DNA of 64,000 bases from Desulfomonilia bacterium (GTDB taxonomy: Bacteria > Desulfobacterota > Desulfomonilia > UBA1062): contig CAXXDQ010000003.1 of the NCBI GenBank assembly GCA_963664325.2, positions 1,024,001-1,088,000 of the forward strand. Reading direction: 5' to 3'. Each line of letters opens with the position of its first letter. Position 1 is the first letter of the stretch. Position numbers and translations under genes: made by a program. Positions 9,103-19,177 of this stretch are shown here, one piece after another. The notes beneath the pieces were generated by a model. That model had not been told where the DNA came from and made no database searches. It saw only the letters and a list, made by a program, of their open reading frames with translations.

Positions 9103-9285
9103 ATGACAGACAGAAAGAAAGCATGGATAAGGCCGGAACTGATTGTCTTGGTCCGCAACAAACCAGAAGAGCAAGTTCTGACTGCATGTAAGACCAGTGG
9201 GCAAACGTCTTCGGTGTCCACGTTCCAGACAGGGTGCAAGGACGAATTTGGGTGTCCTGACTGCAGCGAGCCGGGCTCATCCTAA
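9103..9285 (+). CDS. Small Cys-rich peptide, putative RiPP precursor
   Basis: MTDRKKAWIRPELIVLVRNKPEEQVLTAC leader with a WxxPxL motif, then a Ser/Thr/Gly-rich part; 4 Cys in total. AGGAG upstream. Confidence 0.65.
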   Translation: MTDRKKAWIRPELIVLVRNKPEEQVLTACKTSGQTSSVSTFQTGCKDEFGCPDCSEPGSS

Positions 9286-9387
9286 ACATCCCCAACCCCT
9301 TTGTGACTGATGGACCAGTCGAGAAATCTTCGTCAAATTACTTAAAGAGTTACAAGTCATCAGATCATAGCATAAAATTGAAAATGA

Positions 9388-9852
9388 CTACTCGTAATTT
9401 CCATAGACCCGTATGTGTATGATATAGCCTTTGCTGTCCTTCGGGTAGTAGAGCGTTGTACGATAAAAAAGGGATGCCCGATTGGGGTTCAGGGGAATAA
9501 GCTGGGTATCAAGGAACACGGTGCCTAAAATCTCGCCGTCCTTGGTTTCCGCGGCAATCTCTATTCCTTGGATCAGTTCATCATATGCAATTGTTCCGCG
9601 TGGAGTCCTGTAACATAATGCAAGGTCTATGAGCACGGTCTCGCCTGTCAGGAGATTGAGGGCCGTCCCGGCTAATATTGCCGTACCACCCTTTATTGTA
9701 GTTTTGAACTCCTCGTGTGACAGCGGTTTTGCGGACATCGGAATCGAGAGGTCGACCTGAAGTATCTGGCCATAAGAGATAACAGGTGCTGCAAGCAAAG
9801 CGATAAGCAAGAAGGCCCTCAGTTTCATTTTTCGGAAAAATAAATTGCTCAT
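9388..9852 (-). CDS. Hypothetical exported protein
   Basis: Basic-hydrophobic signal peptide (RKMKLRAFLLIALLAAPVISYG); AAAGGGGG upstream of ATG 9852. Confidence 0.65.
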   Translation of the reverse strand: MSNLFFRKMKLRAFLLIALLAAPVISYGQILQVDLSIPMSAKPLSHEEFKTTIKGGTAILAGTALNLLTGETVLIDLALCYRTPRGTIAYDELIQGIEIAAETKDGEILGTVFLDTQLIPLNPNRASLFYRTTLYYPKDSKGYIIHIRVYGNYE

Positions 9853-9996
9853 ATTGCCCCCTTTCAAATGATGAATCAGCTATAAATCCGACCACCACAA
9901 AGTACACCGGTATCATTAATTTTATGCTGTTATGATGTGTTTCCTCTGCCATTCAATTTTTACTATGTTTATATTCGCAATTATTTCGTAAATTTT

Positions 9997-11919
9997 CTAT
10001 TCTGCGATCAAAACGATATCATGCCGGGCACTCAGGGAAACATTGACTGAAATCGAGTTCACCCCGGAATACTCCTCCTGCGGCACCCCGTCCATAACGA
10101 GTTTCCATGTCCTGTCAGGGTCAAGTTTTATTATGTTAAACGATGTGGTGCCGCTCTGGTCTGTTCCCCCCTCGGTTGTTATAACGAGGGCCTCCTTTTC
10201 AAAGTCGTAGATAGCCCGCTTGAGCAGGACATTCGGAAAGGACAGGCCGGTCACCTGAGGAGAATCGAAATCCCGCTGAGTGAACGGTTTGCTGTGAAGT
10301 GCCAGGAGACCGTTGGGAGGGTTCGCAGCAGCAAAGGCAACAAGCACGCCTGTAAGGGCATGAGACCACGGGGTGAAAGCCGTTTTGGAAAGATTGAGGT
10401 ATGTGTCTTGCTCAACCGGGAAACGGAGCATACCGTCTTCCCACGAGGCCTTGTAGTAATCCTTGCACCAGGCCACCAGCTTGTCCCTCAGGTCCGTATC
10501 TCCCACTTCCGCTGCCAGCAGGGCGAAGAACGGTGTGGCGCACTGGTCTGAGAGCATCTCGGTTTTCAGGTATGCAGTATTGCTGTCTGGCGCTATCACA
10601 TGCCTTTGCTTCTGGTACGGATAATGTCGTTCGATTAAACCCGGCTCCCAGGCATGCATGAAGGCGCCGTTCCATCCGTTGGAAACCGAGGCATTGGCCT
10701 GGATTACCCCAAGCCAGGCCAGTGGAACCGTTAACAGGGACAGGCCGTTGCCGAAGCTGCAGAACTCCTGGGTGATGGTTGTTTTCTGTTTCACCAGATA
10801 CATGAAACAGGTCTCATGCGTGACCGGGTTGATGAACATGTTCTTGAGGAAAAAATCCAGAAAGGAGTTGCGGGCCTCGGCATAGGATGTCCCGTGTATA
10901 TGGTCGTACAGCATTAATGACAGGATAGGATGCTGGTTGCATTCTCCGAAGACCGCGTTGGGCTCGCATTCTATGCTGTGGTAAGAATTGTTCGCCATCT
11001 GGTCGTACATGACCTTTTGCAGGGAATTGTTGTCATAGGTATACTGCTCGGCATCGCTCCACTTGAAGACGATGGAACCGGGCTCGTCCCATTTCAAGTC
11101 ATGGTAAAGCGTTTCATAAAGACCGATCATCTGCCCCAGGTGTCCGGAGTACATGATGTTCTTTTTCCCGACCGGGTCGTGCTCTTCCGGATAGGGCGTG
11201 TTCAGCAGCGGCTCGATAAAATTAACCCCTTTGCTGCGTTCGGCCCAGTACTGCCACACCTGCTTCTGAATCATTTTCTGGATCAGTTTGTCCATGCGCG
11301 GCTTGATGTACTCGCGCCAGGCCGGTAGCTTGTGGTACTGCTCCAGCGCAAAGAAGTAGGTCATGAAAGCGATGCTGTAGCGGTACGAGGAGAGATAGAA
11401 TTGGGTTTCTTCATATGTCTTGATCCTGCTGAAGTCGTCAAGGGCATCGTCACTGACGGAGAGATACCAGCGGAACAGGCCCATTTCATCCGTGCCGATC
11501 TGCTGATATGAGGCAGGATCGACTGTCGGCAACGCAGGAACGATGCCGGTCAGGCTTTTAATCGAATAACCGGCCTTGTTTTTGGCGACCACGATGATGT
11601 CATAATTCACACCTGTTATAAGGCCTTTGAACTGGTAACCGTCCTTGGATACATCCACAGGTCCCTCTGAAGACCCGGTGACAGTGGACCCGTCAGCAGT
11701 GATCGCACCGGTCGTACCTATATAGGCTTCCACTGACGGCACGGGGTCGCCTTTCGTGGCAAAGGCGGGCAGGTCAATGGTTATGGTACGCGAGCTGAAC
11801 GCCTTAACTTTCAAGTCATTAAGAACCGGCGCCGCTGCCTGTTTGCATCCGGTCAAAAGAAAAAGAATTACAATAAACCAGACCAGTATACATTTTTTTA
11901 TTATTGAGTTCATATTCAT
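9997..11919 (-). CDS. Lipoprotein with FN3-like N-domain and linalool dehydratase/isomerase-family catalytic domain
   Basis: Lipobox LLTGC; NIMYSGHLGQMIGLYE and IECEPNAVFGECNQH resemble LinD motifs as recalled (NIMYKGHL, CEPDNYFVQCN); YDIIVVAKNKAGYS FN3-like strand. Confidence 0.75.
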   Translation of the reverse strand: MNMNSIIKKCILVWFIVILFLLTGCKQAAAPVLNDLKVKAFSSRTITIDLPAFATKGDPVPSVEAYIGTTGAITADGSTVTGSSEGPVDVSKDGYQFKGLITGVNYDIIVVAKNKAGYSIKSLTGIVPALPTVDPASYQQIGTDEMGLFRWYLSVSDDALDDFSRIKTYEETQFYLSSYRYSIAFMTYFFALEQYHKLPAWREYIKPRMDKLIQKMIQKQVWQYWAERSKGVNFIEPLLNTPYPEEHDPVGKKNIMYSGHLGQMIGLYETLYHDLKWDEPGSIVFKWSDAEQYTYDNNSLQKVMYDQMANNSYHSIECEPNAVFGECNQHPILSLMLYDHIHGTSYAEARNSFLDFFLKNMFINPVTHETCFMYLVKQKTTITQEFCSFGNGLSLLTVPLAWLGVIQANASVSNGWNGAFMHAWEPGLIERHYPYQKQRHVIAPDSNTAYLKTEMLSDQCATPFFALLAAEVGDTDLRDKLVAWCKDYYKASWEDGMLRFPVEQDTYLNLSKTAFTPWSHALTGVLVAFAAANPPNGLLALHSKPFTQRDFDSPQVTGLSFPNVLLKRAIYDFEKEALVITTEGGTDQSGTTSFNIIKLDPDRTWKLVMDGVPQEEYSGVNSISVNVSLSARHDIVLIAE

Positions 11920-12161
11920 TGCCCTCCCATATGTAAAAAATTCCCTGTAAAGGTAAAAGCCGTCATAATTTAAATATTAAAAAATTGCCCTGTCAGCATA
12001 TATCATTTCCATAGTGCAATTCCCGAAAAGAGTGTAAATTAATATACTCCAATCAAGCCGATTATCCAAGATTTTCATTCAGAATAGCATCAATGTGCCG
12101 GGTTTGAGCTAGTATGGCAGCCTGTCCGGCACTTGATATTTGGAATTCAGGCCTTAAAAAA

Positions 12162-13235
12162 TCAATAGCATCCCAGATGGGCAAAGCCAGGGATTGAAAA
12201 CGGGATGTGCCGGTCTTCTTTTACAAGGTATGCAGCCAGTCTTTCTATGTTCCTGACGCCGATGAAGTTGAGCGTGTTTTCAATCAGGCCGACATGGGGC
12301 CTGATCCTGTACCAGATATTGTTCTTGATCCACAGGGCCCTGGCAAAATATTTTGTGAAGCGCGCGAATTCCGCCTCGGCGCTGTTCCTGTCGTAAAGGG
12401 CCATTGCGGCAACCTTGCCGGTGATCAGGGCGCCCAGTATGCCGAACCAGCCGATGGGGTCCATGGCCCCGCTGATAGTACCGCAGAAAATAAGGCCGTC
12501 TCTGACAAGCCTTAAATTGTCCGTGCCGGCCAGCGGTACCGCGCCTGATGCATAATGCCACTCTTCATGTTCAAGGCCTTCGATCCTGCGCATGAAATCA
12601 GTGTATCTGTCGAGGCTGGCCCGGGATACCTCACGGTTCGAGAAGAGCAGGTTAAAGTAATAGTTGTTGGCGGTGCTCAGATAGCCGTATTCCGTGATGC
12701 CCTCATCCCACCATAGCCAAGAATAGTTGGAAAAGCCTATTTCACCCCTGGAAATATACCCGTACCAGCGGCGGTAGGGAATATTGAGCATGTCATAAAC
12801 CCCTTCGGTGAGGCCGCATGCTATGATTGTGCCGGGCTTGAGTTTGCCTATGTCCTGCTTTTTAAGGGCGTGGCCGAATTCGAACCGGACGCCCTCGGCA
12901 GCAGCGATCCCGTAAAGATATGTATCAAGGCTTGTGGGACGGTTTCCCCTCTCGACGCTGAAGAGGCCGCCGTGCGGTGCATAGGCCCTGGTGTCATGGA
13001 AATAGTATGGGCAAGCTATAACGGGGTAAAAGCATGGCGACACATCAATGCCGATATAATCCGATGTCATCTTTACATTGATCGGGGTCGTATGGGTCGA
13101 CGGGTTATAAAGGGGGTCGCCGCCGTATGTCTTTTCGCGCTCGATGAGCGTAACGTGAAAACCTTCCCTTGCGAGGTTTATCGCGCAGACAAGCCCTGAC
13201 ATCCCCGCACCGTAGATAAGGGCTTCCTTGGCCAT
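12162..13235 (-). CDS. NAD(P)/FAD-dependent oxidoreductase
   Basis: ALIYGAGMSGL Rossmann motif directly after ATG 13235; GTISGAMDP C-terminal FAD motif. Confidence 0.82.
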   Translation of the reverse strand: MAKEALIYGAGMSGLVCAINLAREGFHVTLIEREKTYGGDPLYNPSTHTTPINVKMTSDYIGIDVSPCFYPVIACPYYFHDTRAYAPHGGLFSVERGNRPTSLDTYLYGIAAAEGVRFEFGHALKKQDIGKLKPGTIIACGLTEGVYDMLNIPYRRWYGYISRGEIGFSNYSWLWWDEGITEYGYLSTANNYYFNLLFSNREVSRASLDRYTDFMRRIEGLEHEEWHYASGAVPLAGTDNLRLVRDGLIFCGTISGAMDPIGWFGILGALITGKVAAMALYDRNSAEAEFARFTKYFARALWIKNNIWYRIRPHVGLIENTLNFIGVRNIERLAAYLVKEDRHIPFSIPGFAHLGCY

Positions 13236-13239
13236 TACG

Positions 13240-14583
13240 TTATGCACCCATGGACCTGACGACTGCTTCTGCAGCATCGAGGCCGCTCTTTGCAGCGCCT
13301 TCCACCGACGGCATATACATGTATTCCCCGGCCAGATACAATCCCTTTACATCATTGGGCGTTTCCCTTTTCATACGGCTTATGGCCGTAAGCATCCCGG
13401 GCGGCGAGGTGCAGACCGCCTCCTTGAACCTGTAGATCTCTGTAAACCTGGGAAAGTCAGGCATGTCCGGCGTGAACCGCTGAATGTCTTTTATAAGATA
13501 TTTTCTGATATCCTCATCCTTCATTTTATTCAGGTCTGCCGCATGCCTGCCGTATGTAAAGCAGTTTATCAGGCCTGCACCTTCCGGCGTGTAGAAGGGA
13601 GATTTTATCGAACTCTCGGTATAGCCCGCCATAGCCGAACCGAATTTTCTGGGAAGCGCCACTGCATACCAGCTCTCAGGCAGCAGCCTTTTTTCAAGGC
13701 CGAAAATCACGTGGCAGGACTGTGAGTAGCGAACTGTTTCCAGGGGTTTTCTGATGGAGCCGGGCAAGCCCGGAATCATTTTCGCAAGTGTGGTTGCAGT
13801 GGTTGTGCATATGACATGGCTGCATTCAATGAACCCAACATCAGTTTCGACACCTTTTACTTTCCCTTCTTCTAGAACCACCTTCTTTACTTTGGTGTTC
13901 AGGTTTACCGAGGTTATGCAGTCTTCATAAAGCCTTGCCGAAAGAGAGCCGATGCCTTTCCTGAAGGTCCACAGGCCGTTGATGCAATAGAGCAGCAGCG
14001 CCAGGCCGTAGCTGGCAGCGACATCCTCGGGCTCCCCGAGCGTCAGGCACGATGCAACGGGCTGGAATACGTGCTCCAGAAGGGAGCTGCCGGCCTTCTT
14101 AAGCGTATAGTCCGCAAGCGATATGGTATCAAGGTCAAGCGAGGCTTCGAAATCAGTAAAACCGAGTTTTCCAATCCTTGAAATTATGTCAGGGGTCACC
14201 TTCACCAATTCGAAAATAGCCTTGGCTGGCACACCCCTGAACCGCAGGAGTTCCGGGAGGTTTTTGATAATGTCAAGAGGCCTTATCGAGGCCAGGACAG
14301 GCGAAGGTTTCCTGCCAGCCGCCGGCGGGATTCCCGCACGGAAAGGCATCTGCACGAGATCGCCTGCCAGACCCAGTTCCCGGCTCAGCATGAAATATGT
14401 ATGATAATACCTGAAGAGGAACTGCGCCCCGGTATCGAGGATATAGCCGTCTTTGTTATGGCTAAAGGTTCTGCCTCCCGCAAAAGGCTTTTCTTCAAGG
14501 CACAGCATGCCGATGCCTTTTTTCTTCAGTATATATGCGGCTGCTAGTCCTGCAGTTCCTGCGCCGATTATTATGACTTTCAT
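13240..14583 (-). CDS. Flavin amine oxidase / protoporphyrinogen oxidase-like FAD oxidoreductase
   Basis: MKVIIIGAGTAGLAAA, E..GGRT, DTGAQF, GLYLAGEY, SVEGAAKSG. Confidence 0.85.
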   Translation of the reverse strand: MKVIIIGAGTAGLAAAYILKKKGIGMLCLEEKPFAGGRTFSHNKDGYILDTGAQFLFRYYHTYFMLSRELGLAGDLVQMPFRAGIPPAAGRKPSPVLASIRPLDIIKNLPELLRFRGVPAKAIFELVKVTPDIISRIGKLGFTDFEASLDLDTISLADYTLKKAGSSLLEHVFQPVASCLTLGEPEDVAASYGLALLLYCINGLWTFRKGIGSLSARLYEDCITSVNLNTKVKKVVLEEGKVKGVETDVGFIECSHVICTTTATTLAKMIPGLPGSIRKPLETVRYSQSCHVIFGLEKRLLPESWYAVALPRKFGSAMAGYTESSIKSPFYTPEGAGLINCFTYGRHAADLNKMKDEDIRKYLIKDIQRFTPDMPDFPRFTEIYRFKEAVCTSPPGMLTAISRMKRETPNDVKGLYLAGEYMYMPSVEGAAKSGLDAAEAVVRSMGA

Positions 14584-14741
14584 AAATATACCCCGAAAGA
14601 CGCTTATGTTATTATCCGTCACAGGCAGCCGGGATAAACGTCCCATGCGCCTTGTGCAATTACTCTTATCTAATTATAATGCAAGAAACAATGTTTGTAT
14701 TAAGTTTCTGATTGTTTACTTTTCAGGCAATGGAGGAAGTT

Positions 14742-15368
14742 GTGAGATATTTTGTAGCATTATTTCTTGTTGTGAGTTTAATGATACCGTCCGGGTCGGC
14801 CCTGGCTGCCCAGCTCAACCTTGATGCAAAAACGAGAAGCGAACTTGAAAGCGGCAAGATAATAACGAGCCTGGAACAGAATCCCCATACCAAGGTCTTC
14901 AAACCGACAGGGCACAGTCTGGTCGAGGCCAGTGTGGAAGAGGTCTGGTGGGTGATAACGGATTTCAGCCATTTCGGCGAATTCATGCCGGGTGTTATTT
15001 ATTACAGGCCCGTCGGATGGAAAGACGGCAGGCTTATCGTTGATTGCAGGGTCAGGGTCGTCATGTTTAAACTGGATTACACGCTTTCCTATGTCATCGA
15101 CGAGAAGGATCACACCACATACTGGTTTTATGTAAAAGGTCCAATAAAAGATGCGCAGGGGTATTTCAGGATTGAACCGTATGACGAGAAAAGGGTGCTG
15201 GTTACTTACACGACTTCGCTCGATATAGGCAAGGCCATCCCCGGTTTCGTTGAGGAGACCCTGGGCAAGACGACCTTTCCCTCGATATTCAAGTCTCTCA
15301 AAAAAAGGGTTGCTTTGTTGAAACAGAAAGGGCCCATTCCGAAACCCGTACTGCCGCCGATGAACTAG
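14742..15368 (+). CDS. Exported SRPBCC/START (polyketide cyclase-like) lipid-binding protein
   Basis: GTG start after GGAGG, signal peptide ending SALA, and ASVEEVWWVITDFSHFGEFMP SRPBCC signature. Confidence 0.8.
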   Translation: MRYFVALFLVVSLMIPSGSALAAQLNLDAKTRSELESGKIITSLEQNPHTKVFKPTGHSLVEASVEEVWWVITDFSHFGEFMPGVIYYRPVGWKDGRLIVDCRVRVVMFKLDYTLSYVIDEKDHTTYWFYVKGPIKDAQGYFRIEPYDEKRVLVTYTTSLDIGKAIPGFVEETLGKTTFPSIFKSLKKRVALLKQKGPIPKPVLPPMN

Positions 15369-15512
15369 TGCTGAAGGCAGGCGCTCATGATTAGCGCTCG
15401 TACCGGAGGCTGGCTGCTTATATTTTGTAAACCGTCTTCAACTGTAAGAGTCGTTTAATATTTCAGGTGTGTATGGTAAAAGACAATCAAACGCTTGAGA
15501 GGGGAGACTGCC

Positions 15513-15938
15513 ATGTCATGGAGGGGATATAAAAATCTGAAAGATGCATTTGCCGCAGGTACTACACCCGACCCGGCCGAACTCAGGGGATATTACAAGG
15601 TTAAGCTGGTAACCGGCGTACTGCCTGATTTCAGGTCTTTTCTGCACTGCAAGTTTTTCCCCATGGGTGTGGAAACAGAGGGCGGCGGGTTCAACGAATT
15701 TCTGGGATTTGTAAGGATCGGCAACTTTAAAATCGAAAGAACGGATTCAATACTGGGCGACGGGCAGCAGGTGCTTCGCATCATTTACAACAGGAAGGGC
15801 AATCCGTTCTGGCTCAAGCCGCTGAACGATGAGCTGAAGAAATTATCCGACGGATTTTATATCGGCCGCGGGGTTTTCCTGATAAAGGGCCGGGCCTTCA
15901 ACACTTTTTATTTCTCGGTCGAGAAGCTTGGGGCCTGA
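15513..15938 (+). CDS. Hypothetical protein
   Basis: ATG after GAGGGGAG; continuous ORF ending 1 nt before the selA start. Confidence 0.7.
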   Translation: MSWRGYKNLKDAFAAGTTPDPAELRGYYKVKLVTGVLPDFRSFLHCKFFPMGVETEGGGFNEFLGFVRIGNFKIERTDSILGDGQQVLRIIYNRKGNPFWLKPLNDELKKLSDGFYIGRGVFLIKGRAFNTFYFSVEKLGA

Positions 15939-15939
15939 T

Positions 15940-17286
15940 ATGGAGAAAAAAGAGGCATTCAGGACGATCCCGAAGATGGATGCAATCCTCGGCAGCGAAG
16001 AGCTTGCCTGCCTTCCTCTGCGCCAGGAGATGATCAGGAAGGCCGTGGAGGACGAGCTTAAATTGCTGCGCGATTCAATAAAAAAAGGCGAGATTCAAAA
16101 GAGTCCGGCAGCTCATGAGATAGCGGCAAAGGTTGGAGCGGTACTGAGAGAACTCATTGAAACTGGAATAAGGCCCTTGATAAATGCCACGGGCGTCATG
16201 GTCTATACCAATCTCGGGAGGGCTCCGCTTTCCACGTATGCGCTTATGGCCATGCTTGATGCAGGCGGGTATTCCGACCTTGAATATAATGTCAGGGAAG
16301 GCGGCCGGGGCTCCAGACAGGATCATATTAAAGAAATCGCAAAGGCGGTCTTTGGCGTCGAGGATGCGATTACAGTCAACAACAATGCTGCTGCGGTCAT
16401 GCTCGTTCTGGCAAGCCTGGCTGCGGGCAGGGAAGTGATTGTCTCCAGGGGCGAGCTTGTCGAGATAGGCGGTTCGTTCAGGATGCCGGATGTCATGACG
16501 TTAAGCGGGGCCGTGCTCAGAGAGGTCGGGACGACGAACAAGACCAGACTGTCGGATTATGAATCTGCTATAAACGGGAACACCGGACTCATCATGAAAG
16601 TCCACCGGAGCAACTTTGCGCTCATAGGCTTTACCGATGAGGCTGAAATAAAGGAGCTTGCGGCACTCGCGCATTCAAGAGGCCTGCCCTTTTATGTGGA
16701 CATGGGCTCCGGCATACCGTTCGACCTCGGCCCGTTCGGCATTCACGGCGAATGGACCGTGCAGTCGTGTCTGGCAGACGGTGCCGATATAGTATCTTTC
16801 AGCGGTGACAAGGTTCTGAGCGGACCCCAGGCGGGTATCATTCTCGGCCGTAAGCCGCTCATTTCAAGGATGTCGAAACATCCGCTGCACAGGGCCGTCA
16901 GGATAGACAAGTTCAGTCTTGCCGCTCTTGTTGAAACGCTGAAACTGCTCGGTATGGAGATGTACGAAGAACTGCCGGTATTAAGGATGATTACCGAAGA
17001 CAGCGCCGATGTCAGGAAAAGGGCATTGAGGCTTAAAAGAAAGCTTAAGAAAGCCTCTTCAATAACAGGGACAAAGGCAGTCATCGGCGGTGGGGCGGCG
17101 CCGACCTCATCAATACCTTCTTTTGCAGTCGTAGTTGCCATAGAGGATACCGTTAATGCGCATGCAAGACTCCGCGAGGAAGGGATTGTATGCCGCATCG
17201 AAGATGACAGGCTCATATTCGATATGAAAACCGTATCCGAGGAAGAGATTAAGGACGCGGCCGAAAGGATTAACAATGCCCTTTAA
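15940..17286 (+). CDS. selA: L-seryl-tRNA(Sec) selenium transferase
   Basis: INATGVMVYTNLGRAPL, VNNNAAA, SRGELVEIGGSFR, EVGTTNKT, KVHRSNF and SFSGDKVLSGPQAG (PLP lysine). Confidence 0.96.
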   Translation: MEKKEAFRTIPKMDAILGSEELACLPLRQEMIRKAVEDELKLLRDSIKKGEIQKSPAAHEIAAKVGAVLRELIETGIRPLINATGVMVYTNLGRAPLSTYALMAMLDAGGYSDLEYNVREGGRGSRQDHIKEIAKAVFGVEDAITVNNNAAAVMLVLASLAAGREVIVSRGELVEIGGSFRMPDVMTLSGAVLREVGTTNKTRLSDYESAINGNTGLIMKVHRSNFALIGFTDEAEIKELAALAHSRGLPFYVDMGSGIPFDLGPFGIHGEWTVQSCLADGADIVSFSGDKVLSGPQAGIILGRKPLISRMSKHPLHRAVRIDKFSLAALVETLKLLGMEMYEELPVLRMITEDSADVRKRALRLKRKLKKASSITGTKAVIGGGAAPTSSIPSFAVVVAIEDTVNAHARLREEGIVCRIEDDRLIFDMKTVSEEEIKDAAERINNAL

Positions 17287-18199
17287 GTCACCGTACAGGA
17301 TCGGGATCGCGCTTGGCGGCGGCGGTGTCAGGGGTCTGGCCAACATAGGTGTGCTGAGGGCAATGGAAGAATCGGGAATAAGACCCGATGTGGTATCGGG
17401 GACAAGCATGGGGGCCATTGTCGGCGCCCTCTATGCCGATACTGTAAGCGCATCCATGACGGAAAGCACTGTCAGGAGATTCCTTTCTTCCGAGGAATTC
17501 CTGAAAGAGGTTCAGAAGCTTGGGTCTCTTTCCGGAGGGACGGAAATGGACATGGGTTTCTTTGAAAAGATGTTCGATACTGCAAAAAAAGGATATGCCT
17601 TCTACCGTTTCATGACAAAGGACTCGGTTGTCTCCCAGGCGGCCTTAGAGCAGATTGAAAGGCTGGTTCCGGATAAGAATTTTTCGGATCTCAAACTAAG
17701 GTTTGCCTGCATTGCGCTCGACCTGGTCTCAGGGAATACGGTCATGTTCCGCTCCGGCTCACTGAGGACGGCCATAAGGGCGTCAAGCGCCGTCCCGGGA
17801 GCGCTGCCGCCGGTCAGCATGGAGGGCATGCTGTGTGTCGACGGCGGATGGGCCGAGAGTGTTCCGATATCGGCGGTCCGGCAGCTCGGAGCCCATTTTA
17901 TCATAGCATCCGACGTGACGCGCGATATAACGCCAATCGATGCGAAGACTGACCTGAAAAACAGCATGGATATAATGATCAGGGCGAACGATGTTGCAAG
18001 GTCTTCCATGAATATGCTCAGGACAAAGGAAGCCGATTTTGTAATCCATCCAGAAGTCGGTGATGCACCCTGGTCCGCTTTTGAAAATCTCGATGCCTAC
18101 ATATCGGCCGGTTATAGGGAGGCTAAAAAGGCAATGCCGTCACTCAAAAAGGCCATCCTGAAGTTTAAGGTTACCGGATTTCTGAGGCTGTTAAGGTAA
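17276..18199 (+). CDS. Patatin-like phospholipase
   Basis: LGGGGVRG, GTSMG nucleophile elbow, ASSAVPG, DGG. Confidence 0.93.
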   Translation: MPFKSPYRIGIALGGGGVRGLANIGVLRAMEESGIRPDVVSGTSMGAIVGALYADTVSASMTESTVRRFLSSEEFLKEVQKLGSLSGGTEMDMGFFEKMFDTAKKGYAFYRFMTKDSVVSQAALEQIERLVPDKNFSDLKLRFACIALDLVSGNTVMFRSGSLRTAIRASSAVPGALPPVSMEGMLCVDGGWAESVPISAVRQLGAHFIIASDVTRDITPIDAKTDLKNSMDIMIRANDVARSSMNMLRTKEADFVIHPEVGDAPWSAFENLDAYISAGYREAKKAMPSLKKAILKFKVTGFLRLLR

Positions 18200-18214
18200 G
18201 CGGGCTGACCGGGC

Positions 18215-19177
18215 ATGGATGAAAATCGGAAAATCGTCCTTTACGTAACCGGGGAAGATTCGGGAAGCCGCCTGGACGTATTCCTTTCAAAGAGGACCGG
18301 GATCAGCCGGTCTGCCTCATCCCGCCTTATCCTGGAACAGAAGGCGACGGTGGATTCAATCCCCAGAAAACCTTCATTTGCTGTTGTGACGGATATGAGA
18401 GTGGTATGCGAGAAGGAAGAGAAAAAACAGTCCGGTCTCATGCCCTGGGAAACAGAACTCAGTGTCCTCTATGACGATGAGGCCCTTATAGTGATCGACA
18501 AGCCTGCAGGGCTTGTAGTTCATCCGGGAGCGGGCAACACGGAAAAAACCCTTGTCCATGCGCTCCTTGCCAAATATCCCCAGATGGCCGGTGTAGGCAG
18601 CATTGAAAGGCCGGGCATTGTCCACAGGCTGGACAAGCTCACGTCAGGCGTCATAGTGATCGCAAAAACGCAGCAGGCATATATAAAACTAGCGGATGCC
18701 TTCAAGGAGCATACGCACAAAAGGGTCTATATCTGCATCTGTTTCGGCGGCATGCAGAAGAACAGCGGCCGCATTGAAACGCTGATCAACCGGAATCCCG
18801 TGGACAGGAAGAAGATGACCTCAAAGGCAAAGTCGGGACGCCCGGCAATAACCAACTGGGAAGTAATGAAATCATGGCCCGGTTTTTCAATGCTTAAACT
18901 GAGTCTTGAAACTGGCAGGACCCACCAGATAAGGGTTCACCTTTCAGACACCGGCCACCCCATAGTAGGCGATATGGAATACGGAGGCAGGGGCCGGGCG
19001 GCCAACATAGCGAATGCAGATATGAGGGCGTATGTGAAGAGCCTCAACAGGCAGATGCTTCATGCGCACATCCTGGGGATCAACCATCCCGTTACAGGGG
19101 AATACATGGAATTCATTTCGCAGCTTCCCGGAGATATGGCGAAGCTCGAACAGGAACTTGACAGGATTTATTCATGA
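18215..19177 (+). CDS. rluD: RluA-family pseudouridine synthase with S4 domain (RluD-like)
   Basis: RLDVFL S4 domain, DKPAGLVVHPG, GIVHRLDKLTSG, TGRTHQIRVH. Confidence 0.9.
   Translation: MDENRKIVLYVTGEDSGSRLDVFLSKRTGISRSASSRLILEQKATVDSIPRKPSFAVVTDMRVVCEKEEKKQSGLMPWETELSVLYDDEALIVIDKPAGLVVHPGAGNTEKTLVHALLAKYPQMAGVGSIERPGIVHRLDKLTSGVIVIAKTQQAYIKLADAFKEHTHKRVYICICFGGMQKNSGRIETLINRNPVDRKKMTSKAKSGRPAITNWEVMKSWPGFSMLKLSLETGRTHQIRVHLSDTGHPIVGDMEYGGRGRAANIANADMRAYVKSLNRQMLHAHILGINHPVTGEYMEFISQLPGDMAKLEQELDRIYS

Noticed and set aside
772-15938. Selenocysteine read-through of TGA stops given selA
   Set aside because: The TGA stops checked (774, 2435, 15938) fall at natural protein ends with the next gene starting right after; no Cys-equivalent in-frame TGA noticed.
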